The notes under the pieces were generated by a model. That model saw nothing but the letters and a program-made list of their open reading frames with translations. It searched no databases and was not told the origin of the DNA. From positions 1 to 56,113 of the forward strand of contig CALDUB010000201.1 in assembly GCA_937923465.1 (NCBI GenBank): a stretch of DNA of 56,113 bases, in the 5' to 3' direction. A program made the translations under genes and the position numbers. Shown here in pieces: positions 10,301 through 19,300 of this stretch (positions within the stretch are counted from its first letter, which is position 1; each line of letters begins with the position of its first letter). Source of the stretch: an uncultured Saprospiraceae bacterium (GTDB lineage: Bacteria > Bacteroidota > Bacteroidia > Chitinophagales > Saprospiraceae).

Positions 10301-11024
10301 TGTTTCTATCATTGATAATATTTGGCTCGTAAGCAAGAGGGTCTTGTGCATCTGGCTCGGCATTATGAATAGAAATAGAGACAGAAAGAACTTTTGCCCG
10401 ATTAGCTATAAAGTCTTGCGGACTAGCTGTATTCGCATCGCTGCTATAAGGAGGAAGAGTAATAATCGCAGGAAAATTACCGCCACCATTAGGCACACTG
10501 ATGTAAGCGTAAAGGCGTCGATTGTCAACATTTGCTAAGCTGAGGCGATAGTTCGTCACTTCCGAGTCACCTGATAGGTAAGTTAACTGAGGGTCAAGAG
10601 GAATCGCCGCAGATATGTTTTTTTGATTATTCCAAAATTGGTCAAAATCAGCAGGCTCATCGCTAAATAGTTCGATATTTTCACTTTCAAAAACGGCTGC
10701 TGCAGTTTTTGTCACTCCATTCAGACTAAGTTCACACAATATAACTTCCGCACTCGTTCCTTGAAAAGGAATAGAGGTTGGAACATTTGCAATCACAGAA
10801 ATACTACCAGTTGTAATAGCAGGTGTGATATTGTCGTATTTTATTTTATAAGTTGCGGTTCCACTTTGTGTAGATATCAGAACGAATTCTGCCGTTTCTC
10901 CTATACTATAATTTGCTTTTGTGCGGTCTGCTTTTAGACTAAATTGAGCAAAAATAGAAACAGTTAAAAATAAAAAAGCAAAACAGAGTAACCCCCTCAA
11001 ATGGTGTTGAGTGTTGAAGAACAT
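7335..11024 (-). CDS. T9SS-secreted multidomain protein. It has an N-terminal acetyl-xylan-esterase/CE7-like alpha/beta hydrolase, Ig-like modules, two GEVED domains, an FN3-like pre-CTD module and a T9SS C-terminal sorting domain.
   Basis: ORF track 7335..11051. Likely start is ATG 11024 (MFFNTQHHLRGLLCFAFLFLTVSIFAQ). The nucleophile elbow is GVTGVSQGGGLAL. GEVED motifs are GEVEDYTIILG and GEFEDYSVVINN. The CTD reads YPNPSSQNLYLPL...GIYYISIEIAGQRTISRAFTVFRI. Confidence 0.85.
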   Translation of the reverse strand: MFFNTQHHLRGLLCFAFLFLTVSIFAQFSLKADRTKANYSIGETAEFVLISTQSGTATYKIKYDNITPAITTGSISVIANVPTSIPFQGTSAEVILCELSLNGVTKTAAAVFESENIELFSDEPADFDQFWNNQKNISAAIPLDPQLTYLSGDSEVTNYRLSLANVDNRRLYAYISVPNGGGNFPAIITLPPYSSDANTASPQDFIANRAKVLSVSISIHNAEPDAQDPLAYEPNIINDRNNYYYRYAILGTLRMIDYLYTRSDFDGQNIGVTGVSQGGGLALIAAGLDDRIKSLSISNPAMCRHAAYDQGTASGFPYYVQRSDYLVNEATHYQQTLSASRYYDAAYFARRYTGPTLAVVSYADDVTPAATSFAALNELSGKKIIIHARDLGHNHPTEYWDGRFNLWRHEFPATVQAPYHINTGYWPEAGNDREIATNTTLNLNGQIFQNGAINSSFPVKWDVVNAPTNGNVSFSNENIANTTAQFDTPGVYLMKFTAYDYGTLMNDGIFHEISDYMYVEVEAQGQSTDTTLPSTQLNFIGFNPDGSLQISVNFSEIVTGLTANDFSVINGTVASFSGNGANYILNVTPLAVGNVRVNLPFAQAIDIAGNSNLPSNQVSIYISNPPTANSCDNVTSGGEINGDESNCEAFNANILGNNALPTGGTGNLEYQWQSAPSLSAAWTNIPNANAATFDPPFLSETTYFRRLARRANCDNFEGISNAIVKEIIEQDTPVSDAPTDYCEMRGDNPNNFWISSIGLENLSNSSAKEGYADFTSQSATLAPGSVYIANLTPGNEAVMNNWVGWIDYNRDGDFNDDRELIIFKNSNTTVNAFFEVPANVELGATRMRIALRGGSFPAPCYSYAEGEVEDYTIILGSEAGTGGGTTTTPTTPTGTAPSYCTVRGTEPWWQWISRVQFADLDNSSHKEQYGRFTDKFANVDAGNTYELSLTPDFSWLVYDMNWKVWIDYNQDGDFEDTGELVADGVSGTEINFDVQIPSSAPAGTTGMRVATNIDNISNACTNVVRGEFEDYSVVINNSGCGNGSNRFSPILDLTAQPFAREVELHWVTNTEYKNQNFIIEHSLDGINFVELEEQESLTDGYLPNVYRTKHENPPLGENIYRVKQIYSNGDYKYSENKKVFFAIDLDAFIPYPNPSSQNLYLPLQKYAGQTAHVKIYNTFAQLIRASVVNSLSSEPEEIDVSDLQDGIYYISIEIAGQRTISRAFTVFRI

Positions 11025-11307
11025 AGTCGTTGTTTTTTGCTGACACAACATAGATGTACTTAACGCCTATATCGTACTAACATTTAAAATTGAATCTAAC
11101 TAAAGAAAGGGGGGAGGCTCTTTAATCTTTAAGTAACGTGAGTCTGAAAATAAAGGGGGGAATGTTTTGAGAGTGGAGGGGATTTCTCAAAGCAATAGAT
11201 TTATTGTATTCAAACAAATCTATTAATTAGTAAAAATAATGAATTGTTGTCCAAGAGTCTTATTTTTGAGAAAATTTTATCAAAAATACATATAAACAGT
11301 GAGTGTA

Positions 11308-11847
11308 ATGGACATGAAAACTCAATTATTGGTAGAGCATTCAAGAGCTAATGCTGATTTGATAAAGGAATGGGTCGGCACAGATGAAAGTCGTTTTGCT
11401 CTATTAGTTAGTCTATTTTTAGAAAATGAATATAGAGTTTCACAGCGCGCTGCTATGGTCTTGGGACACATTCATGACACACATCCACACTTGTTACAGC
11501 CATTCTTGCCACAGGTAATTCAGCACTTACATAAACCTGACATTCATGATGCAGTGAAACGCAATATCGTTCGTATTTTGCAAAATGTAGAAATTCCAGA
11601 AGAACATTATGGAGAAGTAGCAGATGTCTGTTTTACATGGTTAGAAGACCCCAACGTAGCCGTAGCTATCCGAGTCTTTTCTATGTCTGTATTATGGAAT
11701 ATTTGTCAAAAAGAACCAGAGTTAATGCCAGAATTGAGAGCAACTATAGAAGATTGGATAGACTATAGTTCGACTGGATTTAAAAGCCGAGGGAATAAAG
11801 TGTTAAAAATGATAACAAAGTATGAAAATCAGAATAGGGTACGATGA
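11308..11847 (+). CDS. Hypothetical all-helical protein, possibly a HEAT/ARM-like repeat fold
   Basis: ORF track 11299..11847 (GTG start); the first ATG is at 11308. It has no signal peptide and shows a helix-rich periodicity (LLQPFLPQVIQHLHKPDIHDAVKRNIVRILQNV). I recognise no family motif. Confidence 0.55.
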   Translation: MDMKTQLLVEHSRANADLIKEWVGTDESRFALLVSLFLENEYRVSQRAAMVLGHIHDTHPHLLQPFLPQVIQHLHKPDIHDAVKRNIVRILQNVEIPEEHYGEVADVCFTWLEDPNVAVAIRVFSMSVLWNICQKEPELMPELRATIEDWIDYSSTGFKSRGNKVLKMITKYENQNRVR

Positions 11848-12515
11848 ATCCCCTAGAAAAGGTGACTTTTACGATTTCTAACTGAAAAAGATTGAAATTA
11901 TTGCAAGTTTTTGAATTGAATTAAGTTTCTTTGCATCCTTATACGAGACAACTGGTTTTTTTGTTATATGTTGTCTTAACATTTTGTTAGAGAATCTACC
12001 AATTCATACATCTTGAGAAAAATCGTAATTCTGCAATGTCAGCCGGCTGACTTATAGCTACTGAAAGAACAATACTTCTTATAGTCAGGATTTCGAAAAA
12101 TACACATCACACCCTTTAATCATCACAAAGAAATTTTTCTTTTAGAATGCTGGTATTCAGTGTTTTATGAGAAATTTGTTGAACAGTAATATTATCAATT
12201 TGAGAATTGAATAACTTTATTGCTAAAACAGAAACCTGATTATTCAAATATTTCGGTGCAAAAAAAAGTGCTTGAAACTCTAATTTTGAGCAATGGAAAG
12301 GAAATAGGGCTGAAAATGTCCGAAGCCTACCGTTTTTTGCAGAGATTCAATCATGGTTGGTCAGTTTGCTGACATGACAGGTTGAATCGTTACAACGAAG
12401 CATTTAATAATTATTAATATTGCACGTTTTTACCCCTGCCGGGTGAAAATTTTGGACCATAATATTTTAGGCTTGATTATTCTCAAAAACAAGCCTATTC
12501 ATAAAATCGGACTTT

Positions 12516-15500
12516 ATGGCACGTTATCTACTTATTTTTTCTTTTTTACTAATGGGACTGGTGTCTGCTACCGCTCAGTCCGCCCTGTCGGGTAAAGTAA
12601 CCGACGCTGATACGGGAGAACCAGTTCTTTTCGGTGATGTAGTAGTTTATCGGAACGGTGCTCTCATCACAGGAGAGCAAACTGACTTTGATGGAAATTA
12701 CATTATTTCTCCAATCGACCCAGGTACTTATGAAATTGTTTTCAAGTACGTTGGTTATGATGATGTGAAATACGATGGAGTTTTAATCAATGCTGATAAG
12801 GAAACAAACTTAGATGCTGTAATGGCATCAGGAGTTACTCTTGAAGGAGCTGTAGTCATTGAGTACAAGATTCCTTTAATTGAACAAGACAACACCACAC
12901 AAGGTGCGTCTTTAACGAGTAAGGATATTGCTAATCTTCCTTCTAAGAACATTAACGGTATTATCTCGCAAGTAGCGGGTGCTGGTTCTGCGGATGAGGG
13001 AGACGCGGTATCTATTCGTGGTTCTCGTTCGGATGGTACTTACTACTACATTGACGGTATCCGTGTATCTGGTAACTTGATTCCTCAGTCAGAGATTGAG
13101 CAACTACAGGTTATCACAGGTGGTATCGGTGCAAAGTATGGTGATGTAACGGGTGGAGTTATCTCTATCACGACTAAAGGTCCTTCTGCCAAGTTTGGTG
13201 GTGGATTTGATGCGGAGACGTCAAGATACTTAGACCCTTATGGCTACAACTTGGTATCTGCATATTTAAACGGTCCTATTATTAAGACTAGCGAGGGTAA
13301 TGCATTATTGGGTTACCGTATCTCTGGTCAGTACCGTTACTTAGAAGATGATGACCCGTCTGCGGTTGACATTTTCCGTGTTAATGATGAGGCTTTGGCT
13401 AGATTGGAGCAAAGACCAACTTACGTTGGTGGTGCTACAGCTGATTTCTTAACAGAAGACGATGTAGATGTTTTAGATGTTCAGCCATTTGAGCAAAACG
13501 AACGTTTAGATTTAACAGCAAAAATAGATGCACGTTTGAGTGATGCAATCGATGTTGCAGTGACAGGTACTTACTCTGGTGAGACTGACTTTTTTACTCC
13601 AAACGAAACAAGTGCAACATTGGATAACTGGCGTTTATTGAACGCACATAATAATCCTTTCTTAGACGAAAAGCGTTACCGTGGTAACTTCCGTTTCCGT
13701 CACCGTTTAGGAAAATCTCCTGAGAGTGGCAGTGCAGATGATGCTCAAGCAGCTAAAGGAAATGCTATTCGTAATGCTTCTTATACTATTCAAGTTGGTT
13801 TGGAGCAATATGATTATAAATTAGGAGACCCTAAGCATGGTGAGAATCTATTTGATTATGGTTATGTTGGTTCTTTTGATGCATCTTATGAACCAGAGTT
13901 TGGTTTTTTACGTGATGATGCAGGTGTTCAAATTTTAGATGAATTTGGTAATCCTGTTATTGCACACCAAGGTTATCGTACAGAGGCAGGCGAAGCAGGT
14001 TTCGTACCTGGTGATGTTAATCCTGTCTTAGCAAACTACAACTTTTTCAATACGCCTATCGACGGTCCTCAAGTAGTATTTGGTAACTTAGAAGGTTTGC
14101 CAGCACAAAACGGACGTACTTCGGATTTATTTACGGATAGTTATAACTTCCACACTAACGTGGGTTCTGTTTATAACCGTTACGAAATTCAAGACCAACA
14201 AACGTTGACTGCTCAAGTAAACGCTGGTTTTGATTTATTACCAGGTGGTTCAGAAAACGGTAAGCACAGTATAGAATTAGGTTTCTTGTACGAGCAAAGA
14301 ACTAACCGTTCTTACTTCCTTAGACCACGTGAATTATGGACAGTTGCAAGACAAGCCGCAAATGGTTTTGATGGTGTTGACCAAAGCAATGTTCTTAACG
14401 AAGTTTACGTTAATCCAGATAATTTCAATGATTATTCAAACGAGCCTGTTGCAGGTTGGACACCAGTACAATTATATGGTGCAGGTGGTGGTGTGTTAGG
14501 AAATGATGATTTCTTTGAAAATATTAGAGAGTCTTTAGGTGTAGACAGATTTACAAATGTAAATACAGATGCTTTGACACCAGACCAGTTGTCTTTAGAT
14601 ATGTTCACGGCATCTGAGTTAAATACACAGTCTGCATTACAGTTTGATTACTACGGATATGATTACTTAGGTAATGATTTTGACGGTACATTTGAGGATT
14701 TCTTTACAAGAAAAGACGAAGCAGGAAACTTAACGCGTCCTGTTGCACCTTTCCGTCCTACTTATACTGCTGGATATATTCAAGATAAATTCAAATTTAG
14801 AGATATCATCATTCGTGCAGGTGTACGTGCTGATATTTATGATGCGAATACGAAAGTATTGAAAGACCCTTACTCTTTATATGAGTTGGAGACAGCATCT
14901 TCTTTCCAAGAAAAATTTGGTACAGCTTACCCAAGTACAATTGGTGACGATTTCGCAGTATATGTGGATGGTCAAGAAAGTACTTCAGTAAAAGCATATC
15001 GTGACGGAGATACTTGGTATTTTCCTACAGGTGTACAAGCAAATAGCTCGACAGAAATCTTTGGAGGTACAATAGCTCCGGGTAAGAGAGTAGACCCTGA
15101 TGTGAATATTAGAGATGAAGACTTTGATGTCAATACTTCTTTTGAAGATTACAAACCACAAGTTAACATCATGCCTCGTATCGCATTCTCGTTTCCGATT
15201 AGTGAGGACGCAAACTTTTTTGCGCACTATGATATCTTAGTTCAACGTCCACCAAATAACAACGTGGCAAGTCCTTATGAGTACTTGAACTTTGATAGCC
15301 GTAATACTACAGCAAACTTTCCTAAGGCGAATGCTAACTTGAAGCCAGAGAAAACGATTGACTATGAAGTTGGTTTCCAACAAAAATTGAGTAACAGCTC
15401 TTCTTTGAAGATTGCAGCTTACTACAAGGAGTTGAGAGATATGATTCAGATTCGTATTTACCAAAATATTGAATTTATCTCGAATTACTATTCATATGAT

Positions 15501-16211
15501 AACATAGATTTTGGTACTGTAAAAGGTTTCTCTTTCCAATACGATTTGCGTAGAACAGGTAACGTTAGTTTGAATGCTTCTTATACATTGCAATTCGCAG
15601 ACGGTACAGGTTCTGATGCCAACTCTTCTCGTGGATTAGGTTCTCGTGAAATTTTACGTGCATTGTATCCATTATCATTTGATGAGCGTCACCGTGTTAA
15701 TCTTAACATGGATTACCGTTATTCTTCTGGTAAGAAATATAACGGACCTGTGTTATTTGGAAAGCAAATTTTTGCTAATGCAGGAGCTAACATCCAAGTA
15801 GTAGCTGTATCTGGTCGTCCTTATACTGCAACGACAACTCCTGAGGTATTATCAGGAAGTCAGACAAAAGGTGGATTGAACAGTTCTCGTTTGCCATGGA
15901 GAAATACGGTTAACTTCCGTGTTGACAAAGACTTCTCTTTACGTCAAGGAAAAGAGGGAAGTAATGGATTAAACTTAAACGTTTACTTCCGTGTAGCTAA
16001 CTTGTTAAATACAGGTAACATTATCCAAGTTTATTCTGCTACAGGTTCACCTTCTACGGACGGTTACTTAGAGACGGAGCAAGGACAGGTAAATGCTGCT
16101 GGTTTGGCTGCTACTCAAAGTTATTTGAGTTCTTACCAATGGCGTTTGTTAAACCCGAACTTTTTGAGCTTACCGCGCAGAATGTACATCGGTGCAAGAG
16201 TAGACTTCTAA
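12516..16211 (+). CDS. Oversized TonB-dependent-receptor-like outer-membrane barrel (CarboxypepD_reg domain, plug and a very large barrel)
   Basis: Signal peptide is MARYLLIFSFLLMGLVSATAQ. The CarboxypepD_reg-like stretch is GKVTDADTGEPVLFGDVVVY...GTYEIVFKYVGY. Plug-like stretches are SIRGSRSDGTYYYIDGIRV and GGVISITTKGP. The protein ends ...MYIGARVDF, with a terminal aromatic residue. Confidence 0.85.
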   Translation: MARYLLIFSFLLMGLVSATAQSALSGKVTDADTGEPVLFGDVVVYRNGALITGEQTDFDGNYIISPIDPGTYEIVFKYVGYDDVKYDGVLINADKETNLDAVMASGVTLEGAVVIEYKIPLIEQDNTTQGASLTSKDIANLPSKNINGIISQVAGAGSADEGDAVSIRGSRSDGTYYYIDGIRVSGNLIPQSEIEQLQVITGGIGAKYGDVTGGVISITTKGPSAKFGGGFDAETSRYLDPYGYNLVSAYLNGPIIKTSEGNALLGYRISGQYRYLEDDDPSAVDIFRVNDEALARLEQRPTYVGGATADFLTEDDVDVLDVQPFEQNERLDLTAKIDARLSDAIDVAVTGTYSGETDFFTPNETSATLDNWRLLNAHNNPFLDEKRYRGNFRFRHRLGKSPESGSADDAQAAKGNAIRNASYTIQVGLEQYDYKLGDPKHGENLFDYGYVGSFDASYEPEFGFLRDDAGVQILDEFGNPVIAHQGYRTEAGEAGFVPGDVNPVLANYNFFNTPIDGPQVVFGNLEGLPAQNGRTSDLFTDSYNFHTNVGSVYNRYEIQDQQTLTAQVNAGFDLLPGGSENGKHSIELGFLYEQRTNRSYFLRPRELWTVARQAANGFDGVDQSNVLNEVYVNPDNFNDYSNEPVAGWTPVQLYGAGGGVLGNDDFFENIRESLGVDRFTNVNTDALTPDQLSLDMFTASELNTQSALQFDYYGYDYLGNDFDGTFEDFFTRKDEAGNLTRPVAPFRPTYTAGYIQDKFKFRDIIIRAGVRADIYDANTKVLKDPYSLYELETASSFQEKFGTAYPSTIGDDFAVYVDGQESTSVKAYRDGDTWYFPTGVQANSSTEIFGGTIAPGKRVDPDVNIRDEDFDVNTSFEDYKPQVNIMPRIAFSFPISEDANFFAHYDILVQRPPNNNVASPYEYLNFDSRNTTANFPKANANLKPEKTIDYEVGFQQKLSNSSSLKIAAYYKELRDMIQIRIYQNIEFISNYYSYDNIDFGTVKGFSFQYDLRRTGNVSLNASYTLQFADGTGSDANSSRGLGSREILRALYPLSFDERHRVNLNMDYRYSSGKKYNGPVLFGKQIFANAGANIQVVAVSGRPYTATTTPEVLSGSQTKGGLNSSRLPWRNTVNFRVDKDFSLRQGKEGSNGLNLNVYFRVANLLNTGNIIQVYSATGSPSTDGYLETEQGQVNAAGLAATQSYLSSYQWRLLNPNFLSLPRRMYIGARVDF

Positions 16212-16233
16212 GAAGGACATCTTGATAAGTAGA

Positions 16234-16299
16234 GACTTTAGATGTTAGGTATTAGATTATAAACTCTTTGTTTGTATTTAATGTCTAACATCTAAAATC
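16234..16299. repeat. Intercistronic hairpin built from ttagat/atctaa words
   Basis: The arm gactttagatgttag (16234..16248) pairs with ctaacatctaaaatc (16285..16299), 14 of 15 positions, with a 36-nt loop. The same word recurs at 22918..22941. Confidence 0.5.
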
Positions 16300-16340
16300 C
16301 AAAAAAATATATAATTAGAAATTTTTTAAAACTCGGAGCT

Positions 16341-19300
16341 ATGAATTTTAGAAAGTGGTATTTAATGAGTTTGTTGGCTTTGTTCTTCGCCTTTTCGGCG
16401 AATGCACACATTAGCCCTTTAAACAACTCACCGAATAACTCGACACCGAATGAGGGGAACAATAGTAACCCTGAGAGTGTCGCTTCCTTCCGGAATGACT
16501 GTGTGAAGCCGGTGGAACAAATTGACCAAGATATAAACAACGTACGTGCACGTCTAACGACTGGTGGTGATGTATGGTGGGACCGTTCTGAAGGAAAGTA
16601 TATCGTCCCAAAACCACTAGAAGCTGGTGATAAAGAGGTATCGGCTATCTTTGCTGGTGGTGTATGGTTAGGTGGTATCCAAGAAGGTGGATACAAAGTA
16701 GCTGCACAGCAGTATGGTAATGGTAACGCGGATTCGCGTGACTTCTGGACTGGACCATTGAACCCAAGTGAAGACCCTGTATTACGTGGTACTACAGCAG
16801 ATTCTATTTGTGCTGATTGGGACCGTTTTTGGGTAGTAACTGGTGCTGAGATTGATGAGCATATTGGTAACTACAATACAGCTGTGAGTCAAGGTACAGA
16901 TTATGACCCATCTGATATTCCATTAGGAGTAAAAGGATGGCCTGGTAAAGGAAATCCTTACTTTGTGCAAATCAATAACTTTGATTTGCCTAATACAACG
17001 CAAGGTTTGGGTGCATTTTGGGATGCAGATGGTGACGAAAAGTACAACCCTGCAATGGGAGATTTTCCAATCATTGAGATTGAAGGATGTACAGCTCCTC
17101 AATATCCTGACCAAATGTTTTACTGGATTTACAATGATGCAGGTAATGTTCACACAGAGTCTAACGGAGATAGAATTAGAATGGAAATCCAAGTTCAATC
17201 ATTTGCATACGAAACAAATGATGCCTTGAACGATATGACTTTCCAACGTTATAAGTTGATTAATCGTGCTTCTAACAAAATTGACTCTACATTCTTTGCA
17301 ATGTGGGTAGATGCCGATTTAGGATGTTTTACAGATGATTATATCGGTTGTGATACAACACGTAGTTTAGCGTACTACTACAATGTTGACCCAGAAGATG
17401 GTGATGTTGGTACACAATGTGGTGCTGTTGAAACTTACGGTACAACAATCCCAGCTTTGGGTATTGATTATTTCCGTGGACCAAAAGAGCCTTTATTTGA
17501 TGATAACGGCAATCCAATTGTAGATGAGTTGGGTGACCAAATAGAGAGAGAGTTAGGAATGTCATCATTTACTTACTTCAATAACCCAGGGGAAGGACCA
17601 CCTCCAGGTGCAGAAACTGACCCTAATACTGTTATTGAGTACTACCGTTACATGAGTGGATTGTGGCGTGATGGTTCACCATTTACAGAAGGTGGAAATG
17701 GATACGGAGGTACAACTCCAGTTAAGTACGTATTCCCTGATGCACCAGATAACCAAGCAGGTTGGTCAATGTGTACAGCGGCAGCGGCTAATAACCCTGA
17801 GTATGACCGTCGTACAGTACAAGCATCAGGACCATTTACACTTTTACCAGGTGCGGTAAATGAGTTAATCGTAGGTGCTGTATGGGTGCCAGACTTTGAT
17901 TATCCATGTCCAGATATGTCTCGTTTATTCAATGCAGATGATTTGGCTCAAAACCTTTTCAACTCTTGTTTTGATATTTTGGATGGTCCAGATGCTCCAG
18001 ACATGGACATCATCGAGCTAGACCGTGAAGTTGTATTAGTTTTAACGAATAATGAAGACCCTTTCGTTAATAATAATGCAAACGAATTGTATGCAGAGGT
18101 AGATATTAATGCGCCAATTGGTGCAGATACATTGTATAATTTCCAAGGTTACATTATCTATCAATTGATTGATGGTTTTGTCTCTACAGGTGATTATAAT
18201 GACCCTGATAAAGCGCGTATTATTGGACAAGTAGATGTGAAAGACGATGTTTCTACAATATACAATTGGAGTGCTTTAGCTGATACACCAGACTTTATTG
18301 GCGACCCAGTATTTACTGCAACAAAAGAAGTAGAAGGTGCCAATACAGGTATTCGTCACACATTTGTTGTCAGCAAAGACCAATTTGCAGGTGGTAATAA
18401 TGCGACTTTAGTTAACCATAAGAAGTACTTCTTCTCTGTAGTTGCTTATGGATACAACAACTGGCAAAACTTTGACCCTGCCTTAGGTGAAGGTCAAGCA
18501 TTACCTTTTGTTGCTGGTCGTAAAAATATCAGTACATATATTGGTATTCCACGTCCAATTACAGATAGAAACTTAAACGCTGCTTACGGCGACGGTGCTC
18601 AAATTACACGTCTAGACGGTAAAGGTAATGGAGGTAACTTCTTAGCTGTTACTGACGAAACGTTAGAAAATATCAAAAATTCTGCTTCTTTTGGAATCGA
18701 CGGAGGTCGCTTTGACCAGCCAATCGTTTATCAAGGAGGATTAGGACCAATCGATGTAAAAGTTTACAATCCACTAGAGGTTAAAAATGGTCAATTTAAG
18801 TTGGACATTTTAGATGAAAACTTTGCTAGTGATGGTGATTTGAAGAAATGGAGAATGACAACAGAAGCAAATGTTGTTGTTGATTCTGAAAAAACAATAG
18901 ATGCTCTTAACGAGCAAATTATTGGAGAGTACGGATTTACAGTATCTATTGGTCAGGCTTCAGAGCCAGGCTCACAGACGGAAGATGAAAATGGTGCTAT
19001 TGGCGCAGTAGAAGAGTATACAAACGAAGCAGCAGACCCTTGGTATATTGGTATCCCTAATACAGGAGGTGATCTTATTGGTGGTGCGCAGTTTTTATCT
19101 ATTGGATTAAACTTTGCGGCTCCAAATGATATTGCTACAGAAGACCCGAAAATGTCTCTTGTAAATATTGGAAGTGGATTTTTCCCTTACAAATTAGCAG
19201 AATATCGTACAGCTCCTTACTTATTTGGTAATGTATCTCCAGCATGGCAAAACAACAGTAACAACTTAGTAAGAAATACAACATCTTACGGAGATTTGAA

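Noticed and set aside
12300-12460. Cobalamin-riboswitch-like strings (aatagggctgaaaatgtcc and ccgggtgaaaatttt)
   Set aside because: There is no B12 box (gccactg-type) and no consistent helices around these strings. The resemblance is limited to short A-rich words.
16292-16696. 134-aa minus-strand ORF overlapping the start of the 1353-aa gene
   Set aside because: It is antisense to a gene with a clear signal peptide and has no motif. It also spans the intergenic hairpin.
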